A stretch of DNA of 64,000 nt from Chrysomallon squamiferum. Lineage: Eukaryota > Animalia > Mollusca. Location of the stretch: contig CM022667.1 of NCBI GenBank assembly GCA_012295275.1, forward strand, positions 11,532,001-11,596,000, given 5' to 3'. Of the stretch, positions 1 to 13,014 are shown piece after piece. Both the position numbers and the translations under genes were made by a program. Each line of letters opens with the position of its first letter. Within the stretch, counting starts at the first letter, position 1. The notes beneath the pieces are model-generated. The model was given only the letters and a program-made list of their open reading frames with translations. It had not been told where the DNA came from and searched no databases.

Positions 1-481
1 CCTTATATATGTTACTTTATTTAATTGTTTGTTTATATCTATCTATCTATCTATCTATCTATGTGACTATCTATCGATCTATCTATCTATCTCTCTCTCT
101 ATATATATATTCTTGTTATCGCTGTCATTATCATTATTATTGGTATAAATAGTTGTTCTTGTTGTTACCATTGTTATTACTATTATTATTATTATAGTCG
201 TCATCATCGTGTTCATTATTATTACTGTTATCATTATCATTATCATCATCATCATCGTCATTATTATAAATATTTATGTGGGAGTGCTAAGTTAATATTC
301 TAAATTTATATTCTATACTTTCCGGTGGGGGAGGCATTTATATTATATTCTCAAACCCAATCAAACTGAAGAATATAGCTCTCTTTTTTTTTTTTTTCTT
401 TCTTTCTTTCCTATGTTATTGTAAATACCACTGTTTCCTCACATAATACATATTAATAATCATCATACGTTGCAGTCACAG

Positions 482-2394
482 CTGCGACCAGAAGGACAAC
501 AAGGAGTGGATACGAAACCATGCCTTTGATGACGTCATAATCAACGTTGCCGTCATAAAGACCGTGCCTCGCGTCTCATCGATATTATCGTGCATTGTGT
601 CCTGTGTCGATAGTTCAAGTTGCGTGTCTTTCTCTTACAACGCAGACGGGAGATGTCGTCTTCATTCTCTTAGGTTCTACAGCAAGAACAGCAGCAGCAG
701 CAGCTACACTACGTCAGTCGGCTGGAGTCACTACTACCTCAGTACAGGTAAAACCATTTTGCTGTGTGATATTTGCAGATTAACGATTTTTTGTTGTCAC
801 GGTTGTTATTATTAATTAACAGTTTTTTGTTGTGTAGGATATTATTATTAATTAATAATTTTTGTTGTATGGGATATTATTATTATTTAACATTTTTTTG
901 TATGGGATATTATTATTAATTAACATTTTTTTGTTGTATGGGATATTATTATTATTTAACATTTTTTTGTATGGGATATTATTATTAATTAACATTTTTT
1001 TGTTGTATGGGATATTATTATTATTTAACATTTCTTTGTATAGGATATTATTATTTAACATTTTTTTGTATGGGATATTATTATTAATTAACAGTTTTTT
1101 GTTGTATGGGATATTATTATTATTTAACATTTTTTTGTATGAGATATTATTATTAATTAACAGTTTTGTGTTGTATGGGATATTATTATTATTTAACATT
1201 TTTTTGTATGGTATATTATTATTAATTAACAGTTTTTTGTTGTATGGGATATTATTTAACATTTTTTTGTATGGATATTATTATTAATTAACAGTTTTGT
1301 GTTGTATGGGATATTATTATTATTTAACATTTCTTTGTATGGGATATTATTATTAATTAACAGTTTTGTGTTGTATGGGATATTATTATTATTTAACATT
1401 TCTTTGTATGGGATATTATTATTAATTAACAGTTTTTTGTTGTATGGGATATTATTATTATTTAACATTTTTTTTGTATGGGATATTATTATTAATTAAC
1501 AGTTTTGTGTTGTATGGGATATTATTATTATTTAACATTTTTTTTGTATGGGATATTATTATTAATTAACAGTTTTTTGTTGTATGGGATATTATTATTA
1601 TTTAACATTTTTTTGTATGGGATATTATTATTAATTAACAGTTTTGTGTTGTATGGGATATTATTATTAATTAACAGTTTTGTGTTGTATGGGATATTAT
1701 TATTATTTAAAACATTTTTGTATGGGATATTATTATTAATTAACAGTTTTTGTTTTATGGTTTATTACTATTAATTAACAGTTTTTGTTGTGTGGTTATT
1801 ATTATTAATTACTCACTTATTTGATTAGAGTGATCACAATATTCGAGTTCTTCGTAAAATTCAATAAAATAATAATAATAATAATAATAATAACTGAATA
1901 AAAGAAAAAAGAAAAAGATCAAGCAGACAAACAATATATGTATTATTATTACTACTACTACAATTGATATACATCGAGCAGTACTATTATTACTGTACTA
2001 CTACTACCACTATCACTACACCTATTGCTACTATTATTATACTGCCACCACTAGCAGAGCTACTGCTACTGATACTACTTCTATTATTATTATTCTGACT
2101 AATGATACTTCTACTACTATATTACGTACAACACTTATAAAGACAACTTTATTATTACTAACGTCATTATTAGTAGTAATAATAAACGACTCTTTGTACT
2201 TCTGCTACTTCTGCAATTAGAACTCGTCTCGCCTTTTTTGTCGTAACGTCATTTCGTATTGAGTAAATTATTGTAAAAAAAATGTTTTTCCTTTCGCCAT
2301 ACTTTATTGTTAGTGTTGGAACTGATCGTCAGAAATAAAATAATTTTTATTTTTATTTTTGTAATTTTTATTTTATTTTTAATGATCTGCTAAT

Positions 2395-2490
<96 letters not shown>

Positions 2491-3619
2491 AATTTTTATT
2501 TATATTACTTTATTATATCGTTTAACTTTCTTAAATTTTATTTTACTTTATTTTATTTTTTATTTCAGCGTATATATTTTTATTTTTATTTTACTTTATA
2601 TTATTATTATTTTAATTACAGTTTTCTTGAAACGTATTTATTTACTTTATAATAGAGGTATTTAGCATTCCACTTGCATGAGCCCATTGCTGGGTAAATC
2701 GAGATCTCGCCAAAACAGCCCTAATTGCAAATTTTAAAGCCTCATATGAAGCTAATGTCGCCCATAACAACGTGTCTGTCATACTACTCAATTTGTAGTT
2801 TCAGTCTATTTTGTCAAGGGCCGTTACTCTTCGCGCGTATGCTCAACAGGAATAATGCAAAGACTTCTAATAATCAGACTAAATTATAATAATTTAAAAT
2901 AAATTATGTTTAATTTTGATCGAACCATTAAAGGTACATTTTAAAATAAATTTCATTAAGTAATAATGTATTTCCTATGTCTTTTTTTTTTTTTTTTTCT
3001 GCAGGCCTGTCCGATTGAGAGAGGATTTGTACTTCTCGACGCCGTTAAATTGTGCTTCAAAGTGTTTGAAAGTAAGGTTACTTTGACTACAGCACGTGCA
3101 ACGTGCAGCCAGGCAGGTTCCAGACTGATTGTGCTGGATACAGTAGAAAAGAACAAATACATGTTCGATTACCTCACCACGTACGTAACGAGTAAGCAAA
3201 CTGAATACATATATTTTTTCAGAAAAATGAATAAAGGTTAATTTTGTTCAGTCTGAAAGGGTTTTTTGCGTAGAGCACTAAATGCTGGAGATGCTTGTGG
3301 TGGTGATGATGATGACGATTCTGTAAATTTTTATTTCATTTAATTTAATTTTAATCATTTTTTTAAATTTTATTCTTATATATATATATTAAATTATTAC
3401 ATATTTTTTATTTTATTTATTCTAATTTTTATTTTAATATTTGATGTTTAATTTAATTTTACTCTAGTTTATTTATTTACTTACTTATTCATTTTGTTTC
3501 TTTTGTTACTTTTTTTTTAAATTTTAAAACTTTTTTAGTATACATTTCTATTATTATTATTTTAATTATTTTATTTTATTTATTTATTTGTTTACTTACG
3601 TTCTTACTTACTTACTTAC

Positions 3620-3666
<47 letters not shown>

Positions 3667-3917
3667 TATTATTTTATTTTATTTTGTTTTATTTTATAGA
3701 CAAAATCCAGTATCTTATCGGTTTAACCGACGAAAACAAAGAGGGCATTTTCGTCTGGGAAAATGGAAAACTACTTAGCTATAACACCTGGAATGAAGAT
3801 GAACCAAGCAACACGGGCGGTGACGAGGACTGCACTGAATTAAGTGACATCATGTACAAGTGGAACGACATCGGCTGCAACTACGGAAGAAGTTTCATTT
3901 GTGAAATAGAAATGATC

Positions 3918-3920
<3 letters not shown>
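482..3920 (+). CDS. L1: PAN/Apple + C-type lectin gene, divergent member, 5'-partial (signal exon not in window); possible frame problem at the exon2/exon3 junction
   Basis: Exons 482-747 (CDQKDNKEWIRN...CIVSCVDSSSCVSFSYNADGRCRLH...GWSHYYLST, PAN-type Cys spacing), 3005-3191 (ACPIERGFVLLDAVKLCFKVF...ARATCSQAGSRLIVLDT) and 3700-3920 (YLIGLTD..EGIFVWENG...WNEDEPSN...EDC...WNDIGC...FICE*). AG/GT boundaries; same layout as L2-L8. Donor 748 is phase 1 but acceptor 3004 is phase 0. Confidence 0.8.
822..1810. repeat. Intronic minisatellite of alternating ~33/36-bp units (ttgtatgggatattattatt[a]att[t/a]aaca)
   Basis: Directly visible tandem repeat; it generates the repetitive ORFs at 852-1774 on both strands. 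Confidence 0.95.
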
Positions 3921-3949
<29 letters not shown>

Positions 3950-4002
3950 TATTTTTATTATTTATTAATTTTTAAAATTTTTATTAATCTTTTTTTTTTT
4001 TA

Positions 4003-4033
<31 letters not shown>

Positions 4034-4819
4034 GAGTTCAAGGTCATTTGTTTTTTTCTCCATTTAAGAAGAAGAAGAAGAAGAAGAAGATGAAGTTTGC
4101 AATTTAAATATCATTACAGTCAAGATCTGTACAGTACACTTTTTAAAATGTGTTTTTAATTTTTAGTGTTTTCCATCATAATTAACAATAACAACAACAA
4201 CAACAACAAGACAATATACGCCGCCATACTGGCTTCATTAGATCACTGAAGAAAGTGTAAGAAAATACCAGGACGCTAGGTGTCAATGACCTGTCAGGAG
4301 CAGACGACATCTGAAGGAGAAAAACAAAATCTTTCACGGATGGTTTTGGCGGGAAGCATTCTCCCAGATTCCAGCAACACAATAGGAAATAACCTTGTAT
4401 TGGTGTTTTTGGATGTTAAATATCTGCAACATTGAACCAAAGAATCCTAGACTGCTCATGTTTGTTTTTTTTGGAACTTAAAGAAAGAGATACGGTGAAT
4501 CATTCTTTCGAATCGATAAGACAGTTATTCTCCGCTGGTTATTCAAACGGTATAGATGAACGATTAAAAAAAAAAAAAAATAATAATAATAATAATTAAC
4601 TGACAAGACTGTTAATAAGGGAATATAAACACGAACTGATGAATTAATAATAATATGTGTGTTTATTATCATTATCATCATCATCAATATTATTATTATC
4701 ATCGTCGTCATCATCTTCATCATTATTATTATTATTATTTTTATTATTATTATTTTTAATACCTTTTTGTAATCTAAATTAAAACAACTAATATAGATAA
4801 ATTTTGTAACTGTGTCTGT

Positions 4820-5385
4820 GACCGAGCTCGTAACTCAATTTTCTCGTATATCAAATCAATTTTACCAAGTGAATTTAATTGAAATACCATTAATCCGTTC
4901 CAGCACCCCAAGCTCCCCTCCAATATTGTGTACCGTGTTTTTAAATAAGAAAATAAAAGAGAATGTAAAGAAATAAATTGGTTTTGTAAAATTTATTCAT
5001 CTTTGGCTGTAGTTATAATAGCCTTTATCGACTCCTTCTGCTTCAGTATGGTTCATATCGTAGAAGTACTATGCTCGCACTGCCTAGCCAAGTCGAAAAC
5101 AAACAAAACTCACTCATGTTTTTTCTATGATTTCATGCTCTAATTCAATGGACATCATCCGCTTCTTCTTCTCAGCACTGTCCTTTGCACTCACTTTCTT
5201 AGGATCCATGGTTAGAAAAAAACAAAAAAAAAAAAAAGAGGCAAAATCCTGGGTGGATGTTTTGTTGTTTGTTGCGCCAACTAGCGGCGGCGTATCTGAA
5301 GCTTGGTCGTTACTCGGATTGTGGCTCGCAACTCAAAGCAAAATTTCGACCGGGCGATTGCTCGTAACTCGGAAAACTCGGTAAG
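4820..5385 (-). mobile_element. Decayed Tigger/pogo-family DNA transposon fragment (N-terminal HTH of the transposase)
   Basis: Minus strand from ATG 5209: MDPKKVSAKDSAEKKKRMMSIELEHEIIEK / (frameshift) HE*VLFVFDLARQCEHSTSTI*TILKQKESIKAI, recognisable as a Tigger/CENP-B-type psq-HTH N-terminus. Flanking repeated ctcgtaactc motifs at ~4826 and ~5325-5380. Confidence 0.8.
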
Positions 5386-5445
5386 TTGTATTTGTGTTAA
5401 CGTTGTTGTTTTGTGTGTGTGTGTGTGTGTGTTTGTGTGTGAGTA

Positions 5446-5498
<53 letters not shown>

Positions 5499-6133
5499 AG
5501 TTTGTATAAATATCAAATATTCATAAAAAATATGTACACACGTGCGAATGTCTGTGGCATGCATTTCAATAAATGATAATATTATAAACGATATCGAATC
5601 TAAACTTTTTTTTTGTTTGTTTTAGTAAAAATAGAAATAAAAAGAGAAATAATATGAATATATATGTAAGTGCGTTTGATTGTAGCAATTCATATTTTAA
5701 CATATTTTAATATTAAATTAGCTTTCTGAATAAAAACAGATTGTCAGGTGTAAATAGGTGTTTTGTTCTATTTTTATCTATTATTTTTTTTTATATATAT
5801 ATACTTTCAAACTGGAGTTAAAGTCACTTTAACCAAATAAAACAGAATAATACATTTTAATTATAAATAACTTTTCTACATCATTCAATGCAAACTGGGC
5901 AACAATCTACTTCATTTTATTTTATTTTATTTTATTTTATTTTATTTTATGTATGTATGTATGTATGTATGTATGTATGTATGTATGTATATATGTATGT
6001 ATGTCTGTATGTATGTATGCATGTATGTATTCATGCATGCATGCATGATTGTATGTATGTATAGGTATAAACATACGTAGGCATGTGTGTATATATATAT
6101 ATATATGCACTTATATGTGACAGATGTTAAATA

Positions 6134-6448
6134 CAGGTACCGGACCAATTATCATGACTCTTTGGGACCTGAGGCATTCCGGATTTCTGGATTTTCCGGT
6201 TTTCTGGTACCAAGCCATCTAAATACGTAAATAATTAAAAACAAAGAAAATTGACGATACACAACTGTGGCGACTTGAAGCGTAAACAATGCGGCGAGTG
6301 AATGAACGCCACGCGGCTTGAAAGAGTAGTTCTGGTCTGGTGAGGACAACACCAGCGATGTGAGAACTATGAAAAAGTGTCGGGAAAAAACTTCCGGTTT
6401 TCTGGTCTTTCCGGATTTCAGGACGCCGGATAACTGGTCCGGTACCTG
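6134..6448. mobile_element. MITE-like element with 20-bp terminal inverted repeats
   Basis: caggtaccggaccaattatc (6134-6153) is the reverse complement of gataactggtccggtacctg (6429-6448) with 1 mismatch. Internal ttccgg(a/t)tt(t)c subrepeats; GC-richer than the flanks. TA on the left flank only, so no clean TSD. Confidence 0.75.
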
Positions 6449-6940
6449 AGGTAGCATAAAAAAAAAAAAATGTGAATTTAATTTAATTTAATTTAATTTA
6501 ATATGAACAGTAATAACCATGTTAGCTTCATCATCACAGCTTATAAACGAAATAAAATACAAACATTATAAATCAAGCTGAAATCGACTGGATCAAGAGT
6601 CCATAATCATTTTTTTATTTTATTTGCTATGGAAACGATGACACTAAATAAACAGAAGTGTGAATTTTATTAAAACAGAGACAAATTAGCCTAGGGGGCT
6701 TCTCCTCTAGAATACGAAGGAAAGTTTTCTGATGGAATCTAACACAGGTCTAAGAGACTGGCAACGTCACTGTGTCTCTAATATTTTCGGGGTCATGTCC
6801 CACCCTGAGTCAAAATTAATATAAAAAGATCCTTTTCACTGTAGTTTTTAATGTAACGTTACTGAATTGTCTGTCCAATTTGTCGTTTCGTTTTTGGCTG
6901 TACTGTATTGCGTTTAGAAATGTGTCTAAACTGATTTTAA

Positions 6941-6974
<34 letters not shown>

Positions 6975-8015
6975 GTTTGTTGTTAAATTTCATTTTTATG
7001 TTAACAAACAAGTCAAAAAAAAAAAAAATCAATAAATAAAAAGTAAAAAAAAAAAAAAAAAATAATAATAATAATAATAAACGAAATGAAAAATATATAA
7101 ATAAATAAATAAAAACGTAATAAAAAATAAAAAAAATTAAATTAAAATTAAAAAATATAAATGACGGAAATAAAAAAAAAAAACTGTCAAAAAATATAAC
7201 ATTTGTAAATGACATCTGCACTCTCTGAAACAAATATAGCATTCATCGGGAATAATAGATATACATTCATTTAAATAATTAGAGACTTGTTTATCATATA
7301 AATACACGAAATAGGAGGTTGATTTGAAAACAGTGCCAGAGCCCGCAAACAGTTCATTTAGTCGTCTGCTCTGAAAAAAACACACATAAAAGGTAAAAAT
7401 AATTTTATTTTTATCGAGCAAGTCACAGTACGTATTGAACAATTATCGTCAATGAGTATCTTCCGTATGTTATGTTGTCTTGTGTTATGTTATGTTATGT
7501 TATGCTATGTTATGCTATGTTATGTTATGTTACATTATATTATATTATATTACATTATATTATATTAAATTACATTATACAAACTACACATACAGAGACT
7601 TGCATTACGACACATATACATTTACACATTCACATACAAACACATGCTTACTTACATACATACAGGCAGGTATTCACGAAAAACACACAAGTTCAGGCAA
7701 AAATACATGTAAGAGAATCAAGAAGAAAGAAAGAAAACACACATACACGTCACGGCTGTCCTTGTCCTCTCTACACATTTTATCAGCTCTGACATCATCA
7801 AATCACACAGCAACAGAAACACACATTTATTTTATCAAATAAATTTGGTATGTGTTATCCTGTTATCCTGCGAAGTTGGACTTAAACAGAATACCTGCTG
7901 CCGTCATACAAGGGTAGATATTGGAGTGAGGAACAATTAACAATTGTATATTTTGAGACATTTAAACTGATATATATTTTTTTTTTCTCTCTCTCTGTCT
8001 CTCGTTCTAGAGAAA

Positions 8016-8400
8016 ATGCAAACATTAACTCACTATGTATTAGTGCGCATAGCCGGTCTGCTGGTGTACTTCTATCCAAAAGGCCCATCTTTGGACCAAT
8101 GTAACAAGTTTAACTGTCATCACAAGTGGGTTATGTAAGTATACACTTTCAGTGTGTTACAGACATGGTCATCATTAAAGATGGTCATCATTACTATTAT
8201 TACAATATCCTTATCGTAATTATTCTCATTATCATCATCGTCATCACTGTCATTCTCTTTATCATCATCATCAATATCATCAATATCATCACCATAACCA
8301 TCACCATCTCCTCATTATTGTTACTGTCATCATGATCGTTATCAAAAATATCGTCATCATCATAATTATCGCTAATCTTATCATTACCGTCGTCACTACT

Positions 8401-8438
<38 letters not shown>

Positions 8439-9076
8439 TATTATTATTATCATTATTATCATTATTACTATTATTTTCTGTATCGATTCCAGAGATCAAG
8501 AATACTGTCCTCAGTTCTGTGAGAAGGTAATTTGATAAAGTATTGCTGTTACTGCTGCCATTATTACAACTACTCCTACTACTATTACCACTGCTACCAC
8601 TAGAACTGTCACCATTACTATTGCTTCTACTACTTCTACTACTACTACTACTACTGCTACTACTACTACGGCAGCTACCACTGCTACTGCCACCATTTAA
8701 TATGCGTATTGCTCCTGTTGCCAAAGCTAAACCATTGTTACTGCTATTCTACCACTAGAACTACCACAACAACCACTATTCCTACTATTACCACTACTAC
8801 CTCTACTATTGTTACTACTACCAGTACTGTGCTACAACATGTGCTGCTTCTACTACTGGTGCTACTACTGCTATAACTAGCAAGGCCAATACACCTACTG
8901 TTCTAATACTACAAGAAATGCAACTACCACTACTACAGTTGTTCATATTGGCTAAAAAAAATTTCTAAATTTCAGGTGGTGCCAGCTGCAGTCACCCTTG
9001 CGGTATATCTTAAATATTACTGTTCGTTTTGTTGTTTTTGTCACGTTTTAAATGTTGTTGTTGTTTGCTGTTATTA

Positions 9077-9142
<66 letters not shown>

Positions 9143-9752
9143 TTTTAGTTGTTTGTTTTCGTTCATTATGTCGGTGAAGAACTTGTGTGTGGTTGTTTCA
9201 GTTACAACTACTACTACGTCTACCACTAATACTACCATTACTATTGCTGCTGCTACTAAGTTTTGCTATTACTACTACTACTACTATTTATACTACTATT
9301 ACTGCTGCTGCTACTACTACTATGTACTATTTATTTTGCTACTTCTAGAGATACTATTTTCTACTACAGTTACTGCAGCTACTACTGTACTACCATTACC
9401 ACTACACTACCTCTACTATTTCTACTACTACTTCTATTACTACTACTACTACTACAACCATTTTTGCTGTATTAACACTTCCACTACAACAAAAAAACCC
9501 AGCAACCAATACAGTTATAATTACTACTTTACTACTATTAATTTTATTATTACTTCTATTATAATACTACTATATTATATTATATAATATTATAATCTGT
9601 AAACAGAAGATAGGTTTATTTCTTTCCTTCTATATATCTGAGTTCAGAAGTTAACGGAAGACGACAGTAAGCTTAAGAAAAGACTTTTCGAAGAGAGATT
9701 TTACGGGCTAACATACCAAGAAGCTGAGGACATTTACAATAAAATCTATTAA
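8016..9752 (+). CDS. S1: small Cys-motif protein of unknown family (94 aa), micro-exon gene
   Basis: join(8016-8134,8493-8526,8976-9002,9648-9752), all GT-AG, phases 2/0/0: MQTLTHYVLVRIAGLLVYFYPKGPSLDQCNKFNCHHKWVIDQEYCPQFCEKVVPAAVTLAKLTEDDSKLKKRLFEERFYGLTYQEAEDIYNKIY*. An upstream probable 5'UTR exon ends at 7847. Confidence 0.85.
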
Positions 9753-10060
9753 CAACATTATTTACGGTGCAGTGTGTTTTAAGTTGATGTTGTTTGAAAA
9801 TATGAAAAAATAAACATTAATTCAAACACACGACACACGTGCGTATTTTGCAACAATTCCTTATGCCGAAGGCACAGTTTCCGTTATATATGTATGTATG
9901 TATGTAAGTTTTGTGTCCGCGCGTATATGCGTATGTGTGTGTGTCTGTGTCTGTGTCTGTGTGTGTGCGTGTGTAAGTGTGCATTTAGTATCAAACATAA
10001 TCACAATTATAAGAAAAAAAAAGAATAGAATATGTATGTATATGTGTGTATATGTATATG

Positions 10061-10097
<37 letters not shown>

Positions 10098-10250
10098 TAT
10101 GAATAATTATATGCGTATACAAATGTATAAAATGTGACCGTAGTTTTATTTCACTTTAGTTGTAAAAAAAAAAAAAAGAAAGAAAAAAAAAGCTACATCC
10201 ATTAAGTAAAATGAAATAATAGAATCAATACGTCAACATGAAAAACAGAC

Positions 10251-10283
<33 letters not shown>

Positions 10284-10299
10284 ATCAGATTTGACGAAA

Positions 10300-10720
10300 A
10301 TGATCTGGAACACACAACTCAAACGTTCAGCATCGTGGACGACGTGCCTAGCGCAAGGAAACTCGCTGAAGTCGCAGTAGCAGCGTGTGGGGGCCACCAT
10401 TTGCCTCAGCACGGGCAAAAACAATTCGCAGGCACCGTCACGTGGGTTACGTAGCCAATCACATTGGAGGGTTTTAATAATTTGTCCGTGGTTGCCTGGT
10501 AGACGCGGATGTTGTGGACGATGCGCGACATCCTACTGTGGTCGTGACCGGCGAGCATGTACGACTACGCCAACGTTGCCGATTCCAAGGAAAGTTCGTT
10601 CGTTTCTGGTCTCTATGGGGGAGGGTTATTTATCACGTGACTGGTTTCTCTGCAGCACATCTCTATAACCGGAAGTTTTTCGTCGCTGATGACTTCAGTA
10701 TTGACTTCAGCGCCCTCTTT
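10300..10720. promoter_or_regulatory. CpG-rich island with promoter-type motifs
   Basis: CACGTG 10439, CCAAT 10455, TCACGTGA 10633 and CCGGAAGT 10669 in a locally GC/CpG-rich patch ~2 kb upstream of S2. Function inferred only. Confidence 0.35.
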
Positions 10721-11303
10721 CTATATATATATATCGTTCTCTCTCTCTCTTTTTCTCTCTCTCATATTTATTTTTTCTTCATTACATTTACTAAACAAAA
10801 ACAACAACAACAGTTGTAACAGCATGCAAACACACACACACACACATACACACACACACATATATATATACTGTCATTATTATCATTTTTTTAAATTTAT
10901 TTTGTTTTATTTTACTTTATTTTATTATTTTTTTTTTTTTTATCTTTCTTTTGCGCATGCTGTTATTTGAAAAACAAACATACATATATAATAAAATACA
11001 AAAAATCAAATAAAAAATCCGCTGTAACTGATAAATAAAATAACGTATTCGTCTGATATTTATTTAGTCGTGTATAAACAACCATGCCATTGTTTATCTG
11101 AGAAGAGTGCTGGGACACGGGACGCGAGTTGCTTTTAATTCATTGTTCGTTTAGTCTTTGCTCTGAAAATATAGCGATATTTCAACGGTCAAAAAAAAAA
11201 AGAGGTAAGAGTAATTTTAAGAATACATCAGAATAATTGTAATGATTTACCAGCATCAAGTTGCGAATATTTTCTATTTATATAAGCACGCACAAACACA
11301 AGG

Positions 11304-11418
<115 letters not shown>

Positions 11419-12082
11419 TAGAGAGAGAGAGTGTGTGTGTGTGTGTGTGTGTGTTTCGGGATGGTTTTTATCTTCAGTAACAAGGTATGACAATGAAATG
11501 ATGTTGCTAAAAGTTACCTTTTCACACCTTTTCACAACTGCAGTCTCCACGTCATCATATACGTGGTCGACGTCCAAGTATTCTGTTTTCTAGTAGAAAT
11601 ACTTAAGTAAACAATTACAACCAAGTCTCTTCATAATGTCCCTCGCTATTACCACCTTCCCGTTTATCACAAAAACTAAAAATTTCTTTATACACCGATC
11701 GTCAGTATTCAAATATAAATAAATGTGCCTCGCTTTAGAGCTCCAGCTCCTCTATCAGCATCCTCCAATGGTTTTGGAGACACATTCTAAAACAAATCCA
11801 TCTAAAACAAAACGACCCATCAGCAGATTTTGTCTACGATCATCAAGTCTGCTTGAATCAAGACGCAAACCGAGTCTCGCTTCGTTACAGAATTTGTTTA
11901 AACATTTTTTTTTTCCTGTAGTTATTTTCAACAATATCGGAGTAAATCAGATTGAGGTGGAAGTCCTGAAAAGACTGTTATGCTACAGAAAAAACATTTT
12001 TTTACTTATTTTAACAGTTTTATTATTTTTAAATATTTAACGTCTCCATCCAGAACTGCAAATACTTCAGGAACTCTACCAA

Positions 12083-12116
<34 letters not shown>

Positions 12117-12574
12117 AAAGATTAGAACAACATTGTTTTAATCTGTCAATAAATAAACTTCTTTATTCTTGTTTTCTAATGCAGAAGAACATGTTAACTG
12201 AATCTGTGACATTAATGTCTTCCAAAGCAAACATGTATATATAAATATATGTCACTGTAACAAACATGCATGAGCAAATAATAGCAAAAATGTAATAAGA
12301 AATATTAAAAAAAAATATATATATATATATAAATGGAAAACTAAAAAAAACCACTCAAAATACACTCCTTACACAGACACACACACACACACAATGACAC
12401 ACACACACTCACACATACACAAATATCTATCGTGCTCCCTGCTTACATATATAAACATCGACACAAAAAAAAATGCCCATATATGCACACAAATAGACAC
12501 AAAAATGCCTTGATATATTAATTGTTTTAGCTGCCGTCTTAGTTGTCTGATCGTGTATATATCATGACAAACTT

Positions 12575-12631
12575 TGACGTCATGAAATCAAAATGTAACA
12601 GAGACACACGTCTATTTTATCAAATATCATG
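12575..12631 (+). promoter_or_regulatory. Perfect CRE palindrome TGACGTCA plus conserved first (probably non-coding) exon of S2
   Basis: TGACGTCA 12575-12582, then a block ending ...ttttatcaaatatcatg|gtatgt. Homologous blocks occur at 7790-7847, ~18985-19016 and 25578-25634. Confidence 0.55.
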
Positions 12632-12778
12632 GTATGTGTTATCGTGCTGTCAAGTGAGGTTGGATACAAAAATATCTCATTGTTGCTGAAGATACAAGAG
12701 TAGACAGCTGACAGTGAAATATTCTGAGATATTTAAAAATTGATATTTATTAATTTGTTTTTCTCATTTCAAGAGAAT

Positions 12779-12980
12779 ATGTTACCCGCCTTGGTTTTCA
12801 TCTGCTTGGTCATAAAGTTTCATTATTTTCGTCCAAAAGATTTAACTAACAAAGGATGTTTCGATTTGTATTGTGATCCTCAATGGTGGTTTCCGCAGTA
12901 AGTATGCACATTAATATCACAGTTATAATCATCACTATTATTATTATTATTATTATTATTATTCATCATTATTATTATTA

Positions 12981-13014
<34 letters not shown>

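Noticed and set aside
852-1774. Repetitive ORFs on both strands / CRISPR-like periodicity
   Set aside because: Pure tandem minisatellite in an L1 intron; no unique spacers, no cas genes, eukaryotic context.
4182-4382. Minus-strand 66-aa ORF with a good-looking acceptor near 4311
   Set aside because: No recognisable domain and no partner exons found; insufficient support.
5270-5390. GC-rich patch ending in G|gtaagt as a possible first exon of S1
   Set aside because: Lies within the Tigger relic's terminal region; better explained as transposon sequence.
8976-9587. 203-aa ORF starting VVPAAVTLA
   Set aside because: Only the first 27 nt are the S1 micro-exon; the rest is microsatellite intron.
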